From: an uncultured Lentisphaerota bacterium
GTDB taxonomy: Bacteria > Verrucomicrobiota > Kiritimatiellia > CAIQIC01
Reading direction: 5' to 3'
DNA length: 64,000 bases
Assembly (NCBI GenBank): GCA_903889245.1
Contig: CAISWQ010000123.1
Coordinates: forward strand, 3,470 to 67,469
Part shown: piece by piece, positions 47,203 to 55,322 of the stretch
Layout of the letters: every line of letters begins with the position of its first letter
How positions within the stretch are numbered: the first letter of the stretch is position 1
Made by a program: the position numbers and the translations under genes
The notes under the pieces: generated by a model
Database searches by the model: none
What the model was told of the DNA's origin: nothing
Seen by the model: the letters and a program-made list of their open reading frames with translations, nothing else

Positions 47203-48675
47203 CTATTTGATCCCCGCCATCCACTTGCGCATCAGCCCGGCGAGGGCGAGCAGCACGAGGCCCAGGCCGATGGCGGATAGCGCCACGATGAGGAACCGGT
47301 GCGCCATGTCCGCCGGACCGCTGCCGCACTCGCCGGCGATCAGCCCCGCGACAAGATTGCCCAGCGAAGCTGCGAGGAACCAGATGCCCATCATCTGGCC
47401 CACGTAACGCGGCGGCGCGAGCTTCGTCACCGAGCTCAAGCCCACCGGGCTCAAGCACAGCTCCGCGACGGTGTGCAGCAGATAGGTCATCAGCAGCCAG
47501 ACCGGGACGACCTGCCCGTGCGCGGCGCGTTGCGCCCCCAACATGATGACGAGGAACCCGGCCGCGAGCAGCAACAGGCCGAGCGCGAACTTCACGCCCA
47601 GCGGAATATCGCGACCGCGGCGCGCAAGCGTCACCCACACGCCCGCGACCACCGGCGCGAGCGTGACCACGAAGAGCGGGTTGAGCATCTGGAACCAGCT
47701 CGCCGGCGCCTCCCAGCCGCCGAGCGTGCGCAGCGTGTAGCGCTCGGCGAACAGGTTCAGCGACGAGCCCGCCTGCTCGAACCCGGAGAAGAACAACGCC
47801 GAGGAGATGAACAGGATCGCGATTACACCGACGCGCCGCTTCTCCTCGCCGGTGAGCGTGCGCGAGAGAAACAGATGCAGGAAGAAAACCAGCGCGATGC
47901 CCAGGATGATCCACTTGGCCGATTGCGCGAGCGCCACCGGATTGAGCCGCACCACGCCCAGCATGAGCAGCGCGGTGGCCGCCACCACAACGGCGAGCGC
48001 CGTCCACGCCAGGCCGCGGTCGCGCGCGCGCACCGCCCCGCCATCCGGCTGCCGCCCGGCATCGCCCAGCCGCCCGCGCATCGCGCTGAACTGCGCCAGC
48101 CCCACCACCATGCCGACGCCCGCCGCCGCGAAGCCGGCGTGCCAGTTGACCTTCTCGCCGAGCCAGCCGCACATCAGCGGCCCGATGAACGCGCCGACGT
48201 TGATGCCCATGTAGAAGATGGTGAAGCCCGCGTCGCGCCGCGCGCCGCCCTCGGGGTAGAGCTTGCCGACAATCGCGCTGATGTTCGGCTTCAGCAGGCC
48301 GGTGCCCAGCGCCACGAACAGGAGGCCGAGGTAGAACGCCTCGATGCGCGGTACCGCGAGCGTGAAGTGGCCGAGCGCGATCATCGCGCCGCCGAGCCAG
48401 ACGGTTTTCTGCGCGCCGAGCAACCGGTCGGCGACCCAGCCGCCCGGCAGCGCGGCGAGGTAGACCGCCGCCGTGTAGAGCCCGTAGATCGCGCCGGCCA
48501 GCTTGTCGGAAAAACCCAGCCCGCCCTGCTGCACCGCCGCGGTCATAAAGAGCACGAGCAGCGCGCGCATCCCGTAATAGCTGCACCGCTCCCACATCTC
48601 GGTGAAGAACAGGGTGGAAAGCCCGCGCGGGTGGCGCGGCGCGGCCGGGACCGTGGTGTTGCTCACGGATGACAT
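47203..48675 (-). CDS. POT family proton-dependent oligopeptide transporter
   Basis: EMWERCSYYGMR, GTGLLKPNIS, FYMGINVG, ELCLSPVG. Confidence 0.95.
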   Translation of the reverse strand: MSSVSNTTVPAAPRHPRGLSTLFFTEMWERCSYYGMRALLVLFMTAAVQQGGLGFSDKLAGAIYGLYTAAVYLAALPGGWVADRLLGAQKTVWLGGAMIALGHFTLAVPRIEAFYLGLLFVALGTGLLKPNISAIVGKLYPEGGARRDAGFTIFYMGINVGAFIGPLMCGWLGEKVNWHAGFAAAGVGMVVGLAQFSAMRGRLGDAGRQPDGGAVRARDRGLAWTALAVVVAATALLMLGVVRLNPVALAQSAKWIILGIALVFFLHLFLSRTLTGEEKRRVGVIAILFISSALFFSGFEQAGSSLNLFAERYTLRTLGGWEAPASWFQMLNPLFVVTLAPVVAGVWVTLARRGRDIPLGVKFALGLLLLAAGFLVIMLGAQRAAHGQVVPVWLLMTYLLHTVAELCLSPVGLSSVTKLAPPRYVGQMMGIWFLAASLGNLVAGLIAGECGSGPADMAHRFLIVALSAIGLGLVLLALAGLMRKWMAGIK

Positions 48676-48768
48676 GGCGCGGAGTCTAGGCGAAGAGCAC
48701 CCGTCTTGTCTTGCCAGAAAATCGCAGCGCCGAGACGCCTGAAGACCGCGCTTCATTTTCCCGCTTCC

Positions 48769-48896
48769 CCGGGGAGCGTACGCGCCCTCGCGTGCGGCGT
48801 GAGGCGCCTCGCCTCACGCAATCAGCACAAAACAGCACCCCTTCGCAGACCGCGAGGGCGCGGTCTGCCGCACGCGAGGGCGCGTGCGCTCCCCGG
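48769..48896. mobile_element. 128-bp MITE/REP-doublet-like element with 30-bp inverted ends
   Basis: Left ccggggagcgtacgcgccctcgcgtgcggc matches the reverse complement of the right end at 29/30; internal hairpins. Confidence 0.65.
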
Positions 48897-48922
48897 ATTT
48901 CAAGCTAACTTCGGCAGCGGGT

Positions 48923-49984
48923 TTATTTGGCTGGCTTCTTCTCCAGCGCGCGCAGATCCATCGGGCAGTTCGGATCGTGCGGCACCGCCGGGCCGACCTC
49001 GTCCACCGGCGCGGTGAAGAGATATTTCCACACCGCCTCGTGGATGAACTCGCCCTTGGCGTTCTTCACCGCCGCGCCGCCGGGCACGACAGAACTGTGC
49101 GCGCGGCTGGCGTTGCCTTTCACGTCGGCGGCGGTGATCAGCCGGCGCGTGTGGCCAAAAGGCGCGGGCATCTTGTCCACATCCACAATCGGGCCGCAAC
49201 TGTGCAGGCCGAGCAGCTCCCACGAGCGATCATAGTGGTGGCCGGTCCAGCCGCCATCGAGCACGTGGCTGAACGCGAAGAAGCGGTTGGTCGGCGTCGC
49301 CGAGGGCAGCGCCTGCCACTGCTCCAACTGGTCGCGCGGGCCGCAGAACATCACCACGCGGTCCACGCGCTGGAACTTCGCGAAGCGCGCCGAGGTCGTC
49401 GAGCCGTGCGAGCTGCCGGAGATGATGACGCGATCCCAGCGCAGCCCGGCGCGGTCGGCGGTCAGGAAATAGTCCCAGCGCCCCTGCGGGTTTTCCTTCG
49501 CGAGCCACTTCACGAACTGCAGCGCGCGCTCCATCATGCCATCGGGCTTGGGGATGCTCACCAGCGGGCTGAAGTCCTCGCCGGTCGCGGCCTCGAGCCG
49601 GATCTTGCCGAGCAGCAGGCCATCGTCGCCCGGCGACGCATTGCCGAACTTGCCGAACCAACCGTTGGCGTAATGGACGCGGATCGCGTGCAGGCCGTAG
49701 CTGTTCACGCGCTCGAAGAGCGGCGCGGAGTGGCCCATCAGCCAGATCACCAGCCTGCCCTGCGGCTTCACGCGCGTATCCACCGACGCGTTCTCGATAT
49801 CGGCCGGCTTGCCGCCCTTCTCGAAGACGAACTCGATCTCCGGGTGCGGCCGCGCGCGCGCATCGAGCACGCTTGCCCGCGCCGTCAGCTCATAGCGCTG
49901 CGGCTTGGGATCGTTGAATACCAGCGGCGCCTCGGCGGCCGCCGCCATGCCACTGATCAGCACCAACATCACGGGCATTTTCAT
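48923..49984 (-). CDS. Exported hypothetical alpha/beta-hydrolase-like protein
   Basis: Signal peptide, GSSHG nucleophile-elbow-like motif, C-terminal AHSSV. Confidence 0.6.
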   Translation of the reverse strand: MKMPVMLVLISGMAAAAEAPLVFNDPKPQRYELTARASVLDARARPHPEIEFVFEKGGKPADIENASVDTRVKPQGRLVIWLMGHSAPLFERVNSYGLHAIRVHYANGWFGKFGNASPGDDGLLLGKIRLEAATGEDFSPLVSIPKPDGMMERALQFVKWLAKENPQGRWDYFLTADRAGLRWDRVIISGSSHGSTTSARFAKFQRVDRVVMFCGPRDQLEQWQALPSATPTNRFFAFSHVLDGGWTGHHYDRSWELLGLHSCGPIVDVDKMPAPFGHTRRLITAADVKGNASRAHSSVVPGGAAVKNAKGEFIHEAVWKYLFTAPVDEVGPAVPHDPNCPMDLRALEKKPAK

Positions 49985-49997
49985 ATTTCGTCTCCGT

Positions 49998-51263
49998 TCA
50001 TTTCTTCAGCGGAATCTGATGCGGTGTCTTCGTGCCGTTGCTGTCATAGACGGTATAGCTGATCGCGCCGTTGAGGCAGCGGACGAGCGAGGTGTGATAG
50101 AACTTGGTGCGCCCGAGATGTCCGCCCGTCTGCAGGTTGGGGAAGCAAAGCGAGGGCTCGGAGACGAGCTGCGCCTGATGCGTGTGGGCGGAGACCATGA
50201 GCTGAGGCTTGATGGTGTCGTTGAACGCGGCGGCGAACTCCGGCAGCTTGTAGCCGTGCGCCTTGTTGCACTCCTTGCAGAAATGGTTCACCGTGAGTTC
50301 GCCATCCGCCCGGATCAGCGGGATATGCACGGCCGCGATGTTATAGCGGAACTGTTTCCACTCCTGTTTGGGCAGGACGGTTTTGGCCAGCCAGTCGAAC
50401 TGACGATCCTTATAGGCGTCGAATTCCGAGAGCCCGCTGTAACGCGGCATGTCGTCGCTGTGATCATCGCCAAGGAAGAGCGCGGTGATGAAGAGCGACC
50501 CGAAGCTGTAGGTGAAGTAGCGCTGGTTGTCCGGGCTCGGCGTCGGGAAGATCTGGTTGGTCAGGCGCGACCACGTGCCCTTGATCTCGTGGTTGCCCGA
50601 GACATAGAGGCAGGGCATCGCGCCCTTGGTCGCCTGATAGGCCAGGCCGAGCAGCGGCTCGATGTAATCATCCGCGCTGTTATAGTCGTTGCTGAAGTCG
50701 CCGAGCAGCAGCACGAAGTTATAGGGCTCATCAACGCGCTCCAGCGCCTTGCGCGCGAGTTTGGCGCCGCCCTGCACGTCGGAGATTACGAGGAAGGCGA
50801 TGTTGTCCTGCGGGCGCTGCACGGTCACGGCGTGCGGCGCGGAGACGATCTCCTCACCCATCTGGTAGCCATAGCGGCTGGTATCGATGGTGCGGCGCGA
50901 GGAGACGCAGTAGGTCGCACCGGCGGTTTCCAGCAGCGTCTTGGGGACATCCACACGATGGATGCGCGTCTGGAAATCGCCCACGCCATCGGTGGCATCG
51001 GAGAACGCCTGCTGCGAACCATCCTTCTGTTTCACCACGACCTTCGCCGAGCCGAACTGGGTGGTCGACCAGATGACGCGATAGCACTCCTTGTTCTCCA
51101 GCAGCACGGGCTGGCTGGTGAATTCGAAAGGCGGCCGGTTGGTCGCGGTCTGGGCAAAGCCGCAACAACTGGCCAACCAGAGACCGGCCAGACAAACGAA
51201 CAACCGGACGCGACCGGACCGGAGAATCAGCTTGGCCACCACGAAGCGATTATGTTTTTGCAT
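49998..51263 (-). CDS. Exported calcineurin-like metallophosphoesterase (purple acid phosphatase-like)
   Basis: SDVQ, LGD, GNHE, HIP, SAHTH motifs. Confidence 0.8.
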   Translation of the reverse strand: MQKHNRFVVAKLILRSGRVRLFVCLAGLWLASCCGFAQTATNRPPFEFTSQPVLLENKECYRVIWSTTQFGSAKVVVKQKDGSQQAFSDATDGVGDFQTRIHRVDVPKTLLETAGATYCVSSRRTIDTSRYGYQMGEEIVSAPHAVTVQRPQDNIAFLVISDVQGGAKLARKALERVDEPYNFVLLLGDFSNDYNSADDYIEPLLGLAYQATKGAMPCLYVSGNHEIKGTWSRLTNQIFPTPSPDNQRYFTYSFGSLFITALFLGDDHSDDMPRYSGLSEFDAYKDRQFDWLAKTVLPKQEWKQFRYNIAAVHIPLIRADGELTVNHFCKECNKAHGYKLPEFAAAFNDTIKPQLMVSAHTHQAQLVSEPSLCFPNLQTGGHLGRTKFYHTSLVRCLNGAISYTVYDSNGTKTPHQIPLKK

Positions 51264-51333
51264 GGCGCATTTTTGCCGGACGTGGCGGCGAGTCAAGGGC
51301 AAACAGGGAGCGCAGCCGGCGCGTGTCTGCGCT

Positions 51334-52560
51334 TCACTGCTTCGACTTGAATGGCCCGCAGACTTTTGTGACGCGATGGCTCTCGGACGTGTCGTCCACA
51401 ATCACGACGCGATACTCCCCACCGCCGGGCGCGACGCGGATGACGATGTGCCCATGCCCGCTGGCCATGCGGTCTATGTCCTTGATGGCCTCGCGCGCCT
51501 TCACGTGCACATCGGTGGCGAAGACATCACGCGGGCCGGGATAGAGCTTCTCCGAGTACAGCCGTTGCCAGGCGCCCGTGGTCGGATGATGGGCGTCCCA
51601 CACGGAGAGCGTCCAGATGCGGGCGCGCAGCGTGGACACAAAAAACTCGTTCATCGTATCCACATAGCCGTGATGGTCCAGGATGGCGGCGTCCACCGCG
51701 CCCACAGCCTTGGCCACGGGGGTTTCGATGTCATACCAGTCCGGCTTGTTGGGACGGAGGCCGGGCTGATCGCCGCCGTTGAAAAACCGGAACGCGCCAT
51801 AGCGCAGCAGGAAGGAGATGCTCAAGACGTTTTCGTCCGGCAACTGTTTGCGGGGCACATTCGCCAGGTCCGGAATCCGGTGCTCGACCGCCGTGCCCCG
51901 GCCGGTCCAGATCACGCCGTTGGCGCCGACGTTCTGAAACTCGAACTGCGGATACTTGCCCGGCTCGCGCCGCAGCACCACCTGGTCCTTGCGGCCGGGG
52001 GCGAACTGCTCCGCCTTCAGCCCGCGCTGTTCCGTCTGCCACTTCACAAAGGCCCGGTAGTTTTTGATGACCGGGCTTTCCAGCGGCGTGGGAAAGTTGT
52101 AGCCGGGCCAGCCGCGGTCGAGCAGTTTGCCGATCGGCAGTTTCTCGCCGACCCACGTGATGCCGGTGAGCCGGTAGGCGCCGGCGCCGCCCATCGGCTG
52201 GCTGTTGGTGATGCCGCCCATGTGGTCCTCGTGGAAGTGCGTCAGCAGCGCGTAGTCGAGCGCCGGCTGCGGGTCGTGCCGCAGCGCGTGCTGGATATAG
52301 CGCACGATCCATTCGCCGGCCGGCCGCGAACCATCGGGCCGGTCGGGCGTGTGGTTGGGCGACTTGCGTTCGATCTCCCCGGCATCCACCAGCAGCGTGG
52401 TGCCGTCGGGGAAGATGTAGAGGCCGGCATTGCCGCGTCCGCTGCTGATCTGGTGAATGTCCAGCATCCCCGGCTGCCACCGCTCGATCTCCTGGTTGAC
52501 CGCGTCCTCGGCGCGCAGCCCTGTCAGCAACGCCAGCGATAGCATCAGTATCCGTTTCAT
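51334..52560 (-). CDS. MBL-fold (ComEC-like) exported metallo-hydrolase
   Basis: LVDAG, THFHEDHMGG, GGD, HHG. Confidence 0.82.
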   Translation of the reverse strand: MKRILMLSLALLTGLRAEDAVNQEIERWQPGMLDIHQISSGRGNAGLYIFPDGTTLLVDAGEIERKSPNHTPDRPDGSRPAGEWIVRYIQHALRHDPQPALDYALLTHFHEDHMGGITNSQPMGGAGAYRLTGITWVGEKLPIGKLLDRGWPGYNFPTPLESPVIKNYRAFVKWQTEQRGLKAEQFAPGRKDQVVLRREPGKYPQFEFQNVGANGVIWTGRGTAVEHRIPDLANVPRKQLPDENVLSISFLLRYGAFRFFNGGDQPGLRPNKPDWYDIETPVAKAVGAVDAAILDHHGYVDTMNEFFVSTLRARIWTLSVWDAHHPTTGAWQRLYSEKLYPGPRDVFATDVHVKAREAIKDIDRMASGHGHIVIRVAPGGGEYRVVIVDDTSESHRVTKVCGPFKSKQ

Positions 52561-53480
52561 GGACTCACCTTTTTGGTTCGCAGGTTGGCGTACCACTTCA
52601 GAAAAAGTTCCGGCCACTGCGCCGGCGGAAAGCCGTGCTGCACGCGCGTCGGGATCAAATTGCCGACGCCGTGCCCGCCTTCCTCAAACAGGTCCAGGCG
52701 CACCGGCACGCCGAGCTTCGTGAGGTCCGCCTTGATCTGCTGCGGCAACTCGACTGGCTTGTCGGTGGTAGCGTGGACCAGATAGACCGGCGGCGCGTTG
52801 CTGGGAAACTGGAACGGCGAGGCCGCCTGCCGCCAGTGCCAGACGCCCAAGCCGATGGCGAAATCCGGCCGGCTGCTCTGGCGCTCGATGGGATCGGCCG
52901 CCGCCGGGTCGCCCGCGTCGAAGTGCGCCGCCAGGTTCATCGCGAGGTTCGCGCCCGCCGAATAGCCGGCGAGGCCGATCTGGTGCGGATCGAGCTGCCA
53001 CTCCGCCGCGCGCTGGCGCACCAGCCGCACCGCGCGCCCGGCGTCGAGCAACGTCAGCGCCTGGATGCCCGCGTTGTCCACCATGTGCGGCGGCCGCGTG
53101 CGATACTTCAGCCCGATCACCGTCACGCCGCGCGGGTTGAAGACCTGCGCCGCATAGACGACATGCGTCTTCCAGTCGAGCCCGCCGTAGCCGCCGCCGG
53201 CGCAGACGATCAGGGCCATGCCCGTGCGCTTCTCCGGCGGCGGCAGATACACGCTGATGGTCGGCACCGAAACATTACGGATGCGCGCCTCGTCGGTCAC
53301 AACCTCCGGCCCGGCGTTCTCCACAAACCGCGGCGGCCGGCCGGGCCAGAGCGCCACCGGCGCGGGCGTGTTCGTGCCCAGCAGTTGCTGGTGCGCCGAC
53401 TCGCCGGATGTGAGCTGCGCCGGCTCTACCGCGCTGGCCCGCAGCAACGCCACCATCGCCAGCATGACCGCCCCACGCAT
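52557..53480 (-). CDS. Exported alpha/beta hydrolase (carbohydrate esterase-like)
   Basis: AGGGY, GYSAG, GGHG. Confidence 0.82.
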   Translation of the reverse strand: MRGAVMLAMVALLRASAVEPAQLTSGESAHQQLLGTNTPAPVALWPGRPPRFVENAGPEVVTDEARIRNVSVPTISVYLPPPEKRTGMALIVCAGGGYGGLDWKTHVVYAAQVFNPRGVTVIGLKYRTRPPHMVDNAGIQALTLLDAGRAVRLVRQRAAEWQLDPHQIGLAGYSAGANLAMNLAAHFDAGDPAAADPIERQSSRPDFAIGLGVWHWRQAASPFQFPSNAPPVYLVHATTDKPVELPQQIKADLTKLGVPVRLDLFEEGGHGVGNLIPTRVQHGFPPAQWPELFLKWYANLRTKKVSP

Positions 53481-53564
53481 TATGTTTTCCGGCTGTGGCA
53501 ACCGTGGTGACCCAGCAGCTAATTTCATTTCGCAAGTCCCTTCACCACAAGTTCACTGCCGTAA

Positions 53565-54992
53565 TTACAAGTCGTTCTTTTCGGCAAAACGCAAGCTCCG
53601 GGCAACAAAGAAGGCGGGTATGGTGCCGAGGAAGGCACTTATCCCCATGAGGACAAACAATGGCGTCATTCCAAAGTAGTCGTGCAAGGAGCCGACTACG
53701 AAACTCAACACCCACCCCATGATACTCGCACACATGACCCCAATGCCCACCACCAGGCCAACACCCCGTGGCGACACAGCCCCCGCAATGCAGGCATAGA
53801 GATTAACAAGCAATGCCTGATAGGCGGCAGTCGCAAGTGCCGCGAAAGTGATAAACATCATCGGCTTGCTCGCGATAGCCATCCCAAGGCTTGCCAGCAA
53901 CAACAGAATACCGCTGACAGGGATTACTATCGAACGCAGCGCAGCCAGTCGAAATCCCGACAAGGCCGGGATATCTGAAGCAAGTGCTCCCACCAAAGCG
54001 CCTCCGATACCAGCGGCGCTGATTACAACGGCAAACTGTGATAAATCAGTCAGCGCGACAGCAAATGTACGTTGCATGAAATGTGGCACCCAAAATACAA
54101 GCAGATAATTCAGTGGCGCGATCAGGAGATGCGCCAGCACATAAAGCCAACTGCGCAGTTTTCCAAGCGCACAGAAACCCTCGAACATGGTCTCCGTTCT
54201 AACGCTGGATAAGCATGGCCGGCGCCACGCCCACAACAACAGGCCACTCCAGAGCAGGAACAATACGAACAAGACGCCTGCCGTGACAAAAAACACGCTA
54301 CGCCAGCCTGACTGCACTGTCATGGCCGACACCACCCCAGGTCCCACGAAAGCGGCGTTAAGCGTTCCATATAACACCATGGCCACTGCGATCGCTTGCA
54401 GTTTACGCGGCACACACTCGCTCACCGCTTGCATCGCCGCTGGCAGAGCCCCGCCGGAGGCTAATCCAAGCACGATTCTGCCGACGATTAGCATAAGCAG
54501 GCCGCCCGCGAAGCCGGTAATCAAAGTCGCCATCAGACCTCCGACGAGAACAATTCCATAAATCCAGCGCGTGCCGATAAGGCAACACAGCACACCCATG
54601 AGCAAGGATCCGATGATGTACGGAACCAGAAAAGCACCACTCACTTTTGCGTATTCGATATTGGAGAAGCCGAATTCCTGTCGTAACACAGGAGAAAGGA
54701 TGCCTAACTGTTGGCGGGACAGGTATACGACAAAGCCAGCAAGGAGAATTAAGGCCAGTAACAGCCAGCGATGCAAGTCCTTGGAGCCCATATCAGTTTC
54801 TTGATTTGTCAGAGGTGAACTGGCTGCCGGTATTCCCGCCTCCATTACCGGTGCCCCCGTAACTGTCGAAGATGCAGTCGCAGCGGCTGGCAAAATCAGT
54901 GGACGCTGGCATGTGGGACAGGCAATTTGCAGGCTTTCTTGCCGCTCTTGAAACTCAAGCCGTTGCTGACAGTGTGGACACGAGTATTTCAT
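53565..54992 (-). CDS. MFS transporter (ExuT/ACS-like) with N-terminal zinc ribbon; lower GC
   Basis: CPHC...CPTC then about 12 TM segments, GWRSVF. Confidence 0.75.
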   Translation of the reverse strand: MKYSCPHCQQRLEFQERQESLQIACPTCQRPLILPAAATASSTVTGAPVMEAGIPAASSPLTNQETDMGSKDLHRWLLLALILLAGFVVYLSRQQLGILSPVLRQEFGFSNIEYAKVSGAFLVPYIIGSLLMGVLCCLIGTRWIYGIVLVGGLMATLITGFAGGLLMLIVGRIVLGLASGGALPAAMQAVSECVPRKLQAIAVAMVLYGTLNAAFVGPGVVSAMTVQSGWRSVFFVTAGVLFVLFLLWSGLLLWAWRRPCLSSVRTETMFEGFCALGKLRSWLYVLAHLLIAPLNYLLVFWVPHFMQRTFAVALTDLSQFAVVISAAGIGGALVGALASDIPALSGFRLAALRSIVIPVSGILLLLASLGMAIASKPMMFITFAALATAAYQALLVNLYACIAGAVSPRGVGLVVGIGVMCASIMGWVLSFVVGSLHDYFGMTPLFVLMGISAFLGTIPAFFVARSLRFAEKNDL

Positions 54993-55073
54993 GGCATATC
55001 CCCTTATTGAGACTTGCTTGCACATGCCCACCGTGGGAGTGCTGTGCTTCGATCCCTGCATGATACGGAAAAA

Positions 55074-55322
55074 TCATGTATCCATGTTTGCACCCTGACC
55101 AGTTAAAGGCAAGCCAGCCCTTTTCCCCGTCAATAGCGGGAGCATCACGGGCTCGCCGGCGCGCGCGGTCAGCATCAAGGCCGCCAGCACGCCGGCTTTT
55201 CCAAGGCTTGGAAAAATTGCGGCGATTTTTTCCAAGGCTTGGAAAATTTTCCGTGAAATTTTCCAATGTCTGGAAAAACCAGCCGTTCCCGTTTCCAATG
55301 CTTGGAAAAGTCTCCGCATCAT
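55074..55322 (-). pseudogene. Probable truncated 5' end of an exported-protein gene with array inside signal peptide
   Basis: ATG overlaps GH106 stop (ATGA); MMRRL-[array]-AGVLAALMLTARA-GEPV then runs into low-GC DNA. Confidence 0.5.
55199..55307. repeat. Four-unit TTCCAA-N3-TTGGAA array
   Basis: Units at 55199, 55230, 55261, 55293. Confidence 0.95.
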
